This document shows, one piece after another, positions 48,660 to 58,900 of a DNA stretch of 64,000 bases. The notes under the pieces are model-generated. The model saw only the letters and a list, made by a program, of their open reading frames with translations, did no database searches and had not been told where the DNA came from. Within the stretch, counting starts at the first letter, position 1; every line of letters begins with the position of its first letter. A program made the translations under genes and the position numbers. The stretch lies in contig OY843751.1 of the NCBI GenBank assembly GCA_963693055.1, positions 5,632,001 through 5,696,000 of the forward strand, written 5' to 3'. The DNA is from a bacterium (GTDB taxonomy: Bacteria > Zhuqueibacterota > Zhuqueibacteria > Residuimicrobiales > Krinioviventaceae).

Positions 48660-51656
48660 ATGACCATTAAACCCAACACCCGGCTGTTTCGGTTCTTGTT
48701 TGCAGCAGTTGTTCTGACACTGCTGGGAAGTATTAGCAATTGTGTAAATGAGCCCGCCAACCTCTCTTCTTTTAGTAACAAAGAAAACTGGAAACTGATC
48801 TCTGGTATTGGATCATGGCAAAAAGATCCTGATAGCGGAGAAATGTGCCTCACGGTAACCGGGGGCGACAAAGCCGGTGCCACCAATTATTGGATGCTTG
48901 ACTATTCTTTTCTACCCAACACACTCTATAAAATCTCTTGCAAGGTGAAAAATTCTCCGGGTGCGTCTGGCGGCAGGACCATTATTGGCTCCAGCATCTC
49001 AAATCTCGACATTGATGCGTCCGAACGATGGCACCAACATGATTTCTATTTTTACACCCCCTCCAAAGTCAATAATCATTACCTCCGCTTTGGACAATGG
49101 CAGGTTAATGGTACGGTCTGGTTTAAAGATATTGAGCTACACCCGGCAAAAGCCGACTTTATAAAACACAAAGGCTTGACCATAGGCAATGGAGAATTGA
49201 TCAAAGACTCGACCTTTACTTCAAACTGCCATTATATGAGTAAAGACTCTAATTTCTCTCCTTCATTATTCGATTTCAATGTTTATTTTAACACCAGCCG
49301 CTGGGACCTCAAGCTGGGGAGTTATATCATTTACAAACATAATCCCGGCGGCCAAACAATATCTCAAAAAGACGCACAGATAACCCTGATTATTGGGTAT
49401 TATACAGGTGGAGAGCTGAATATAGATGCGGGAACAGATAATGAGAACTGGACTCCCCTTGGGTCCATCAACAGCACGGGGCGATTCACATTCCAGCTTC
49501 CCCGGGAGCTTTTCACCGCCAAAGAAATCTATATTCGTCTATCAACAAGCGGCATAAATCCCCGCGTTCAGATCAATGGTTATACCTATCAATCAACTCT
49601 AAGTCAATCATTTGATTCAATAACCGGCAAAACCGTTTACACAGACTGCCTGACAACCAGTAAAAACCTGTCAGCCTGGTTTACTGCAAATACAGAATCC
49701 GTACAATCGCTTGTCCTGCAAAACCTTTCAGACAAGACAAATATTTGTAAAATAATAAATGCTGTTAATTCCAAGGTCCTGAACGCAAACCTGATTCTGA
49801 AACCGCTCGAAGCTAAAGAAATAAATCTTTCATTGACCCCGGATTCAAAGCAATCGCTTATTATCAAGTCATCAGACAAGAAAAATCCATTGCAAATAGA
49901 ACATTCTCCCCGCGTCAATCATCTTGACCGGACTGATTATGGAAAATTAATAGATCAAACCAGTGCTTATGCCTTGTGGTGGACCGATGCAACTCAAAAA
50001 GTCAGTAAAACACGTAGAGTTCCCTCTGAAAAAGCGCCCAAAGTCCTTATGTATTCCGCAAAAAATGAATATGAAGCGTTTCAATTTGTAGTAAATGCAT
50101 CTAAACCACTGAAAACTGTCATTGTCAATATGAGTGATCTTGTGCATCGTAATGGAAATAGAATCCCTCAAGCGCTTGTACAGATATTGAATGTAAAATA
50201 TGTTGATGTTACCCGCCCTACAGATTCTTTGGGAAAAGCAGACAGCTGGCCAGATCCTCTTCCTCCTCTACTAGAGCCCTTTTTTGTCAAATCAGGACAA
50301 AATCATCCCATTTGGGTGCAAATAAAAATACCCGCGTCAGCAAGTGCAGGTGATTATTTCGGAACTTTGCAAGTCAGCATTGATGGTATCAAGAGCAAAA
50401 TACCTGTTATTCTACATGTTTGGGACTTTACCCTGCCGGAAGAAACCCATCTTCAAACAGCCATAAGCTTGTATACATCCTATATTATGCAGTATCACCA
50501 TTTGTCAAATTCCGACAATATCGGGCCGGTACTTGAAAAATATCTCAAGAATTTCAAAGAACACCGTATTTCTCCATATGATCCTTTTACCCTTGGCAAT
50601 ATTGACGTACAGTTTGATACGCAAGCGCTTCAAGCCAAAGTCAATTTTGAAAAATTTGATATACTTGCCCACAAATATCTTGACCAATGGAATTTCAACT
50701 CTTTTCGTGTTATATTAAAAGGTCTGGGGGCGGGCAGTTTTCACAGTCGTGAATCCGGAGCAATTGGCCCAATTAAACAAGGCAGCCATGAATGGAATAC
50801 CCTCATGACCGACTATCTGGTCAAGGTACAAAACCATCTCGAAGAAAAAGGCTGGCTAAACAAGGCTTATATTTATTGGTTTGATGAACCTGAACCGGAT
50901 GATTACGCGTTTATTAAAAACACTCATAAATTCATCAAAAAAGCCGCTCCAAAACTGCCAATCATGTTAACAGAAGAGCCGGTTCCGGAATTATATAATT
51001 ATGTTGATATCTGGTGCCCTATAACCAACCATTACAACCACGCACCAGCAGTCCAACGACAAAATCTGGGCGAGCGGGTCTGGTGGTATATCTGTTCAGG
51101 CCCCAAAGAACCCTATTGCGGATTGTTCATTGACCACCCTGCTGTGGAATTACGTACCTGGATCTGGCAAACCTGGCAAAACAAGCTGGATGGAATTCTA
51201 ATATGGAGCGCAAATTACTGGAACAGCGAGGCGGCATATCCTCCGCCACAAATGCAAAATCCATATAAAGATCCCATGAGTTATGTCCATAATTATGGAT
51301 TAAAACCCGGTGACATCCAATATTGGGGAAATGGTGACGGTAGATTTATTTATCCACCCGAATCTGTGTTTAAGACAAAAGCAATAAATCTGCAAGATCC
51401 GGTTAGCTCTATTCGTTGGGAAATACTGCGGGAAGGTTTGGAAGATTATGAATATTTCTGGCTGCTCAACCAGCTTGTTATTCAAGCAAAAAATAAATAT
51501 ATTGACTCTCAACTGATTAAACAGGCAGAACAATTGCTAATAGTGCCGGAATCTGTTTCAAAATCACTAACGGATTTTAACAGCACATCCGGTCCTATTT
51601 ACGAACATCGTAAAGCAATAGCCGAAATGATAGAGAAACTGGAAAGCGCACTTTAA
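48660..51656 (+). CDS. Exported DUF4091/GH123-like glycoside hydrolase with N-terminal CBM-like domains
   Basis: AKNEYEAFQ, WPDPL, FDEP, WWYIC, GDGRFIYP, SIRWEILREGLEDYEY. Confidence 0.75.
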   Translation: MTIKPNTRLFRFLFAAVVLTLLGSISNCVNEPANLSSFSNKENWKLISGIGSWQKDPDSGEMCLTVTGGDKAGATNYWMLDYSFLPNTLYKISCKVKNSPGASGGRTIIGSSISNLDIDASERWHQHDFYFYTPSKVNNHYLRFGQWQVNGTVWFKDIELHPAKADFIKHKGLTIGNGELIKDSTFTSNCHYMSKDSNFSPSLFDFNVYFNTSRWDLKLGSYIIYKHNPGGQTISQKDAQITLIIGYYTGGELNIDAGTDNENWTPLGSINSTGRFTFQLPRELFTAKEIYIRLSTSGINPRVQINGYTYQSTLSQSFDSITGKTVYTDCLTTSKNLSAWFTANTESVQSLVLQNLSDKTNICKIINAVNSKVLNANLILKPLEAKEINLSLTPDSKQSLIIKSSDKKNPLQIEHSPRVNHLDRTDYGKLIDQTSAYALWWTDATQKVSKTRRVPSEKAPKVLMYSAKNEYEAFQFVVNASKPLKTVIVNMSDLVHRNGNRIPQALVQILNVKYVDVTRPTDSLGKADSWPDPLPPLLEPFFVKSGQNHPIWVQIKIPASASAGDYFGTLQVSIDGIKSKIPVILHVWDFTLPEETHLQTAISLYTSYIMQYHHLSNSDNIGPVLEKYLKNFKEHRISPYDPFTLGNIDVQFDTQALQAKVNFEKFDILAHKYLDQWNFNSFRVILKGLGAGSFHSRESGAIGPIKQGSHEWNTLMTDYLVKVQNHLEEKGWLNKAYIYWFDEPEPDDYAFIKNTHKFIKKAAPKLPIMLTEEPVPELYNYVDIWCPITNHYNHAPAVQRQNLGERVWWYICSGPKEPYCGLFIDHPAVELRTWIWQTWQNKLDGILIWSANYWNSEAAYPPPQMQNPYKDPMSYVHNYGLKPGDIQYWGNGDGRFIYPPESVFKTKAINLQDPVSSIRWEILREGLEDYEYFWLLNQLVIQAKNKYIDSQLIKQAEQLLIVPESVSKSLTDFNSTSGPIYEHRKAIAEMIEKLESAL

Positions 51657-52600
51657 TGGAAACCCTGGCTTTTACCGCATCAATTGTTGCCCCGGTATTT
51701 ATTCTGGTATTTGTTGGTTATTTTATAAAAAGACGCGGTTTGATTAATGAAAACTTTAACAGGACTGCATCCAAAGTTGTTTTCAAAGTAACCCTGCCGG
51801 CCCTTGTCTTTCAAAAAATCGCCACTACAAATTACAGAGATGTATTCGACATTAAACTGGTGCTCTATTCCAACATTGCCATTCTGGCATTTTTTATCAT
51901 TTCATGGATTATTGGTGTGTTGGTTACCCGAGATGGGAAAAATCAGGGTGCTTTTATTCAGGGAGCATTTCGCAGCAATTTTTCCATCATTGGCTTTGCG
52001 CTCATTAACAACGCCTTTGGCCCCGATGTATTGGCACGGGCAGCAATTATGCTGGCATTCATCATGCCGCTTTATAACGTACTCTGTATTATAGCACTAA
52101 CGGTCCCCTTGCATAAAGAAGGCCCAACGGATATAAAAAAGATACTGATCGATATTGTAACCAATCCATTGATTATAGCTGTATTGGTATCGCTACCCTT
52201 TTCATTCCTGGGCACACACTTTCATCCCATCATTTCAACAACAATCGGCTATCTTGCACAGCTTACATTGCCCCTGGCATTGCTTTCAATTGGAGGATCG
52301 CTCAGTTTTCATCGGGTAAAACAAAATCTGGGACTTGTGCTGGGTTCTTCATCAATTAAAATAGTTTTTATGCCGCTGCTGCTTACCTGGACAGCCGTAT
52401 TGTTTGGATTTAAAAGTACTGATCTGGGAATTCTGTTCTTTTTGTTTGGCTGCCCCACTGCTGTTGTGAGCTATATTATGGCCGATGCAATGGGAAGCAA
52501 TGGCAAGTTGGCAGGTGATATTGTATTTTTTACAACCCTGGGTTCAATCTTTACGCTTTCTGCAGGCATTATCTTGTTAAAAGCATTGGGGTTTTTCTAA
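51656..52600 (+). CDS. AEC (auxin efflux carrier) family transporter
   Basis: ~10 TM; VFKVTLPALVF, NPLII, LPLALLSIG, PTAV. Confidence 0.9.
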   Translation: METLAFTASIVAPVFILVFVGYFIKRRGLINENFNRTASKVVFKVTLPALVFQKIATTNYRDVFDIKLVLYSNIAILAFFIISWIIGVLVTRDGKNQGAFIQGAFRSNFSIIGFALINNAFGPDVLARAAIMLAFIMPLYNVLCIIALTVPLHKEGPTDIKKILIDIVTNPLIIAVLVSLPFSFLGTHFHPIISTTIGYLAQLTLPLALLSIGGSLSFHRVKQNLGLVLGSSSIKIVFMPLLLTWTAVLFGFKSTDLGILFFLFGCPTAVVSYIMADAMGSNGKLAGDIVFFTTLGSIFTLSAGIILLKALGFF

Positions 52601-52680
52601 AACAATCACACCGTTGAAAGAGTAATGATATTCCAGACTCATATCCTTGTTTGCGTGAGTACACCAACTTGTAAACAAAT

Positions 52681-52720
52681 AAAAATCCCGGTACATTGAA
52701 TATTCCATGAACCGGGATTT
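52681..52720 (-). terminator. Terminator-like hairpin between convergent genes
   Basis: AAATCCCGGT...ACCGGGATTT; T tract on the minus strand. Confidence 0.7.
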
Positions 52721-52743
52721 AATATAATATCAGAAAATTTTCC

Positions 52744-53688
52744 TTATTTTACCAGCGTCATCTTTTGCACAAAAGCAGTCTTTCCACTGGTAAGTTTATA
52801 AAAATAAATCCCGCTTGCCAAGCCATCAGCATCAAAATTCGCAGTATATTCACCCTGAGCTTGGTTGCTTTTGACAAGGGCTTTAACCAATCTCCCGTTC
52901 GAATCGAAAACCTCTAATGTCACCATCTGCGTTTCTGGCACTTTGTACTGAATGCGGGTGCTGTTGTTAAAGGGATTGGGATAATTCTGATTCAGCTTGA
53001 AAACAGCAGGTGCTTTGTAAGTATCTTGCTCTATGGTTGTTGTTGGATTAAAATGCAATGCATAAAGTGTGGATTCAAAACTGAGCTGATAAATAAAATT
53101 ACCGTAATAATACGAATCGGTAATATAATAAACAGCGCATGCCGTATTTTCAACCATAACAAAGTAACTATCCAGAACCAGTTCTGTTCCACCACTGAAA
53201 AAGGATTGTACATAATGCTGACCAGCATTGCCATATGAGGAATCTGGCTCATTTATCAGGATCTCATAATTATAGCTGTCCCCCAGGGCCTGGAATTCTT
53301 CCTGCATTTTTTCTGTAAAACCATCAAGAGAAGCATAGGGTTTCTCTGAGACGAAATGAAAAAATGAGGGCAAATTGGGGAAAAAGTCGTCAATGGGCAG
53401 GTAATCGATCTCCATTCTTATGGTAGAACTGGTATCCGATCTAAAGTCAAAATAACACTTGTTGAACAATTGCCATTCAAACAAACCAGAAGGTTCATAA
53501 ATAAAAGAGTATGGAATACTGCCATTAACCAAATCGATCTGATTTGCAAAAGGTTCAGTCTCTTGAGTGGATTGCATATTTTGCAGCTTGTCTACCAACT
53601 TGTTTATACTATTCATCTCCTCCGAAGCAAAACCCATAGCATTTATCAAAAATAAACAAGCACTCATAAACAGTATCACTTGTTTCAT
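52744..53688 (-). CDS. Small T9SS type A CTD cargo protein of unknown function
   Basis: Signal peptide, GGAGG SD; QNYPNPFN...LASGIYFYKL...KMTLVK. Confidence 0.85.
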   Translation of the reverse strand: MKQVILFMSACLFLINAMGFASEEMNSINKLVDKLQNMQSTQETEPFANQIDLVNGSIPYSFIYEPSGLFEWQLFNKCYFDFRSDTSSTIRMEIDYLPIDDFFPNLPSFFHFVSEKPYASLDGFTEKMQEEFQALGDSYNYEILINEPDSSYGNAGQHYVQSFFSGGTELVLDSYFVMVENTACAVYYITDSYYYGNFIYQLSFESTLYALHFNPTTTIEQDTYKAPAVFKLNQNYPNPFNNSTRIQYKVPETQMVTLEVFDSNGRLVKALVKSNQAQGEYTANFDADGLASGIYFYKLTSGKTAFVQKMTLVK

Positions 53689-53744
53689 ATTATCCTCCTA
53701 ATTGAAAGGTATTTACAATTATGGAATTAAACTGTAACTATAAA

Positions 53745-53770
53745 TACGAGTTTAGAACCCAGAGGTTACA
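53745..53770 (-). promoter_or_regulatory. Putative ECF sigma promoter
   Basis: Minus strand TGTAAC-N16-CGTA, 57 bp upstream of the start at 53688. Confidence 0.5.
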
Positions 53771-53942
53771 TCAATGTACAAATTATTGCTCAAGTGTAAG
53801 CATTATACCCTTAATCCTTTCCCCCTGTCGGACATGCAACATTTAAGTGCAATTTGATAAAAAAAAATTTTTCTCTGTTTTTTTTCGTTTTTTTTAATTA
53901 TACTAAAAGTTAGTAGTTTAATGACAACCCTTCAGGACCAGC

Positions 53943-55262
53943 ATGAATATTGCAGAACAATTAAAAAAATCCGGAGTTGTTGGCGCAGGAGGCGCCGGAT
54001 TCCCCACCCATGTAAAAATGTCTTCCAAAGTGGACACATTTCTCATCAATGGAGCAGAATGCGAACCGTTGATGCATAAAGACAGAGAACTTTTAACCCA
54101 TTTCTCCAAAGAATTGGTTGAAGGCATCAAGATAGCTTATAAAACCCTGGGTGCTAAAAAAGCGGTTATCGGCATTAAATCTAAAAACGCCAAAGCGATT
54201 AAAGCAGTCAAAGCCGCAATTGATGATCCCAATATCTCCATTCATGAGTTTGGAGATTTTTATCCGGTTGGAGATGAATACGAACTCGTATATGGCATTA
54301 CCGGAAAACTCATTCCACCTCAGGGTCTTCCCCTGGATGTAGGCTGTGTAGTAAACAATGTTGAAACGGTAATCAATATATATAAAGCCAGCAAAAACCA
54401 ACCCGTAACAGACACTTTTTTAACCATCACCGGTCTTGTCAAAAATCCACTAACAACCTGGGTGCCAATTGGCATGCCGGTATCAAAAGTATTAGAAATT
54501 GCAGGCGGCCCTACGGTTTCTGAATACGGCATTATGGAAAGCGGATTAATGATGGGTAAACTGATCAAAGACTTTAATCAGCCCGTCACTAAAACCACTG
54601 GTGGATTGATTGTTTTACCCGCCGATCATAATTTGATACAACGTTATAGTACAACTCCAAAGCAACAATCACGAATCGGGCATTCGGCATGCGATCAGTG
54701 CAGTTATTGTACAGAATTGTGTCCCCGTTACATGCTGGGTTATGATGTACAGCCTCATCTGGTCATGCGCAGTCTGGGTTTTACCGTAACCGGACCAGAA
54801 TTATGGAACCAATACGCTTTATTGTGCTGTCAATGTGGTATCTGTACTTTATATTCTTGCCCTGAGGGCTTGTATCCCCGTGAAGCATGTGGCAAAGGCA
54901 TGGCAGACTTGCGCGAATTAGGTAAAGGGAAATGGGAAGGTAACAAGCAACCCAAGGTCCACCCCATGCATGATCACCGCAGGTTACCACTAAAACAATT
55001 AAAGAACCGTTTAGGCGTTACACAATATGAAGCAGAAGCAGAATATACTGAATTAGACATAAAACCTGATAAAGTAGTTATTCCTTTAAAACAGCACGTT
55101 GGCGTTCCATCAACTCCTTTAGTTAAAACTGGAGACAGTGTAAAAAAAGGTCAGGAAATTGCAACAATAGCTGAAAAAGATCTTGGTGTTTTTATTCATG
55201 CCAGCATAGACGGACATGTTACAGTAGTAAATGAAAAAGAAATTGTGATTGAAAGGAAATAA
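53943..55262 (+). CDS. pduS: PduS-like (RnfC/Nqo1-related) FMN/2x[4Fe-4S] oxidoreductase
   Basis: GVVGAGGAGFPTHVK, NGAECEPL, SLBB domain, CDQCSYCTELCP, CCQCGICTLYSCP, LKQHVG...IHASIDG; adjacent to a BMC-T gene. Confidence 0.85.
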   Translation: MNIAEQLKKSGVVGAGGAGFPTHVKMSSKVDTFLINGAECEPLMHKDRELLTHFSKELVEGIKIAYKTLGAKKAVIGIKSKNAKAIKAVKAAIDDPNISIHEFGDFYPVGDEYELVYGITGKLIPPQGLPLDVGCVVNNVETVINIYKASKNQPVTDTFLTITGLVKNPLTTWVPIGMPVSKVLEIAGGPTVSEYGIMESGLMMGKLIKDFNQPVTKTTGGLIVLPADHNLIQRYSTTPKQQSRIGHSACDQCSYCTELCPRYMLGYDVQPHLVMRSLGFTVTGPELWNQYALLCCQCGICTLYSCPEGLYPREACGKGMADLRELGKGKWEGNKQPKVHPMHDHRRLPLKQLKNRLGVTQYEAEAEYTELDIKPDKVVIPLKQHVGVPSTPLVKTGDSVKKGQEIATIAEKDLGVFIHASIDGHVTVVNEKEIVIERK

Positions 55263-55265
55263 TAG

Positions 55266-55817
55266 ATGCAAAAAAATGCCATCGGCATGATAGAATTAAA
55301 CAGCATAGCCGCCGGAATAGATGTGACGGATACGATGTTAAAAACTTCTAATGTTGAATTGATTATTTCTCGTTCCATATGTTCCGGTAAATACATGGTC
55401 ATTGTTGGCGGTGATGTTGCCGCAGTTCGCTCAAGCGTTGAAGCAGGTGTTGGCAAGTGGCAAGGTGCGGTTATTGACCATATATTATTATCAAACATTG
55501 ATCCTCAGGTTATGCCTGCATTAGCGGGTGCAAACCAGGTAGAAATGTTGGGTGCTTTGGGCATTATAGAATCTTTTTCAGTTTCATCATTACTTGAAGC
55601 TGCTGATGCAGCAGTCAAGGCAGCAAATATTAGTTTGTTGGAAATTCGCCTGGCAATGGCTTTAGGTGGAAAAGCTTTTGTAACATTAACCGGTACCATC
55701 GGAAATGTAAGGGCAGCTGTTGATGCGGGCTCCGCTATTGTATCAGACAAGGGATTACTGGTCAACAAGGTTGTTATCCCAGCACCAAGTAAGGAATTGT
55801 ATAAAGATTATATTTAA
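55266..55817 (+). CDS. pduT: Tandem BMC-domain shell protein, PduT-like
   Basis: AIGMIELNSIAAG, SICSGKY (pore Cys), GDVAAV, ALGIIE, AADAAVKAA, LGGKA. Confidence 0.9.
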   Translation: MQKNAIGMIELNSIAAGIDVTDTMLKTSNVELIISRSICSGKYMVIVGGDVAAVRSSVEAGVGKWQGAVIDHILLSNIDPQVMPALAGANQVEMLGALGIIESFSVSSLLEAADAAVKAANISLLEIRLAMALGGKAFVTLTGTIGNVRAAVDAGSAIVSDKGLLVNKVVIPAPSKELYKDYI

Positions 55818-55935
55818 TACCAATACCTGCAAAGTAAGAAAATTTTTAAAATTTTGATTTCGTGATTTGTTCCGATAATTAATAAATCCGGTTTTGCAGT
55901 ATTTTTAAGCATGATCGACTTGATCTTAATTATAC

Positions 55936-58900
55936 ATGGTGGGGACCATGAAAATTGATTTAAAAATCATGTCTGGGGCCATCGGATTTGGCATAGCAGT
56001 ATGGATAATTGACACTGCAATGGATTATTATTTCTTTTATGATAATTCTTTTCCAAATTTATTATACTCACATATTCCACCACACGAATTATATATCAGA
56101 ACTATAATTCTCTTGTTATTCGTAATATTTGGTATTCTAGTCTCACTCATTTCTGGTCGTCAAAAACGGATTCAGGAAAACCTTCGGGTTACCTTGAAAT
56201 CCATTGGAGATGCATTTATAGCAACAGATGCTTTTGGTAATATTACAGAAATGAATCCGGTTGCTGAAAAATTAACCGGCTGGACCATAAAAGAAGCAAA
56301 AAACCAACCCGTTTCAAATGTCTTTCATATAATAAATGCCAAGACTAGAGACTCTGTAGAAAACCCTGTATTTCGGGTATTAAAAGAAGGCAAGATAATT
56401 GGCCTTGCCAACCATACGGTCTTAATATCCAAAGATGGAACAGAAAGACAAATTGCTGACAGTGGTGCGCCTATCATGTCTGAGAATGGAGATATTCTGG
56501 GTGTTGTATTAATCTTTAGAGATGTTACAGAAGAATATAAACTCCAAAACGAAATTCAGAAAAACGAACAATTCCTAAAAGGAATTTTTGAAAGTATTCA
56601 GGATGGGCTTCTTGTACTCAACCCAGATCTTACAATCAGGCACTCAAACCAAACCATGAAAAAATGGTATGAACATCAATTACCCCATGAAGGGAAAATA
56701 TGTTACCAATGCTTTCATGGAAAAGATAAAAGTTGCAATAATTGCCCCGCTCTTAGATGTATGGAAACATTAAAAACCGAAAGACACATTGTTAAAAATG
56801 AAAAAGGGTCCATGACAGATTGGGTAGAAATATTCAGCTATCCTGTTATTGACTCAAAAACCAATACTGTGACATCTGTCATAGAATTTGTTCGAAACAT
56901 TACAGAACAGGTCAGACAAAACAAACAAATTGAGCGTTTAAACAGGGTTCTAAGAGGTATAAGAAATGTAAATCAATTGATTACAGTAGAAAAAGACAGA
57001 CAAAAGCTGATTGAACAAACATGTAAAGAATTAACCAAAACACAAGGTTATACAGCATCTTGGATTTTATTGCTTGATGAAAACAATAACATTATTGAAC
57101 ATGCCAAGTCGGGTATAGGAGAAAACTTTAAAGATTTTATTGAACAACAACATCAGAGTATGCATGATTGTATTCAAGACGTGTTAAATGATCCCAATAT
57201 TACAGAGTTTAATAAACCCCTGAGTTATTGCAAAGATTGCTCTCTTTCAAACATTGAGCCCAATGGCTTTATCATGCAAACCCGCCTTGAACATGACAAT
57301 AATATGATGGGTTTACTAATGGTTGCTCTGCCTACAGATGATCTTGATGATGAAGAAAGAGAATTGTTCCAGGAAGTTTCGAACGATATTGCATTGGCAC
57401 TATATAATATTAATATTTCTGAAGAAAAAAATATTGCTATTGCTGCATTACACGAAAGTGAAATTCAGTTTAGAAATGTAATCCAATCATCTCCCCTGGG
57501 CACGTTTATTTATAAACTTGATGATCAAAACAAACTTGTTTTTTCTGGAACAAACCCGGCTGCTGATAAAATATTAGGCATTGATACAAAACAATTCATT
57601 GGGCTCACAATAGAAGAAGCTTTTCCCCCACTCCTGGAAACAAATATTATTGACATTTATTATAAAATAGCCCAAGATGGTAGTTCATGGACATCGGAAA
57701 AAGTGGAATATGACGCTGGTGATATCAAAGGTGTTTATGAATTATATGCATATCAAACATTTCCCGGATCAATGGCCGTCCACTTTATGGATATAACCGA
57801 CCGAAAACTGGCTGAAAATATCCTGATTGAAAGCGAACAAAGATACCGTCTATTGGCAGAAACTGCCCATGACCTCATTTGTATTCATGACATGGAAGGT
57901 AACATTGAATATCTGAATGCGTCTGCCAAAAAAATGCTTTGCAATAGAAAAAACATGAATGATAAATTAAACATATTGGATTTTATTCCGGATGATGAAA
58001 AACAGGCTGTAATCAATCGCAGTAAAAAAAGAAGAACCGGAGATACCGGCATTAATCTTTATACCGCAGTGTATATGGATCAAAACAACCAAAGACGCAT
58101 TATGGAAGTCAGTTCGTCTCCCATTATAATAAATCAAGACACTCAAAAAATACTGATCGTAGCGCGCGATAATACAGAAAAACATCAGGTACAACAAGCA
58201 CTAAAAGAAAGTGAAAAACGATACGAACTGGTTCTTGAAGGTGCAGAATTGGGAACCTGGGACTGGTTTGTGCAAACAGATCAATTCACGGTTGATCAAA
58301 GATGGGCAGAAATAGTTGGTTATTCTCTCGATGAATTAAACGCAGATAATAATACAGATTTATGGACGGATCTCTCACACCCTGATGATCGTAAAAAATC
58401 AAACACATTAATAGCGAAACATTTCAATGGCGAAATTGAAAACTATGAATGTGAAATCAGGATGAAACACAAAAACGGTCATTGGGTTTGGGTTTTAGAC
58501 AGAGGCAAAGTTGTTGAATGGGACAATAAAGGTAAACCAGCAAGAATGTCTGGAACACACCTTGACATTACACAACATAAAACAATTCAAGCAACTCTTG
58601 ATTTGGTTATTGAAGGTACCAAACATTCAACCGGGGATCTGTTTTTCCGTAATCTGGTATTGGGTCTTGCCAAGGCATTTGATGTTGAATTTGTTTTTAC
58701 CGGAAAATATCTTTCTAATGAAAAAAAAATAACTTCAATATCAAGCTGTAAAAATCAAAAAATCATAGACAACTTTGAGGTTAAAATCAGCAATACTCCG
58801 GTTTATGAAGTTATTCATAAAGGCAAAGTAGTTTATACGCATAATGTACAACAAATCTTTCCTCTTGATAGAAATTTAAAAAAATACAATATCGACAGTT

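Noticed and set aside
53943-55262. RnfC/RsxC of an Rnf complex
   Set aside because: No rnfDGEAB are adjacent, the sandwich domain is C-terminal as in PduS, and the neighbour is a BMC-T gene.
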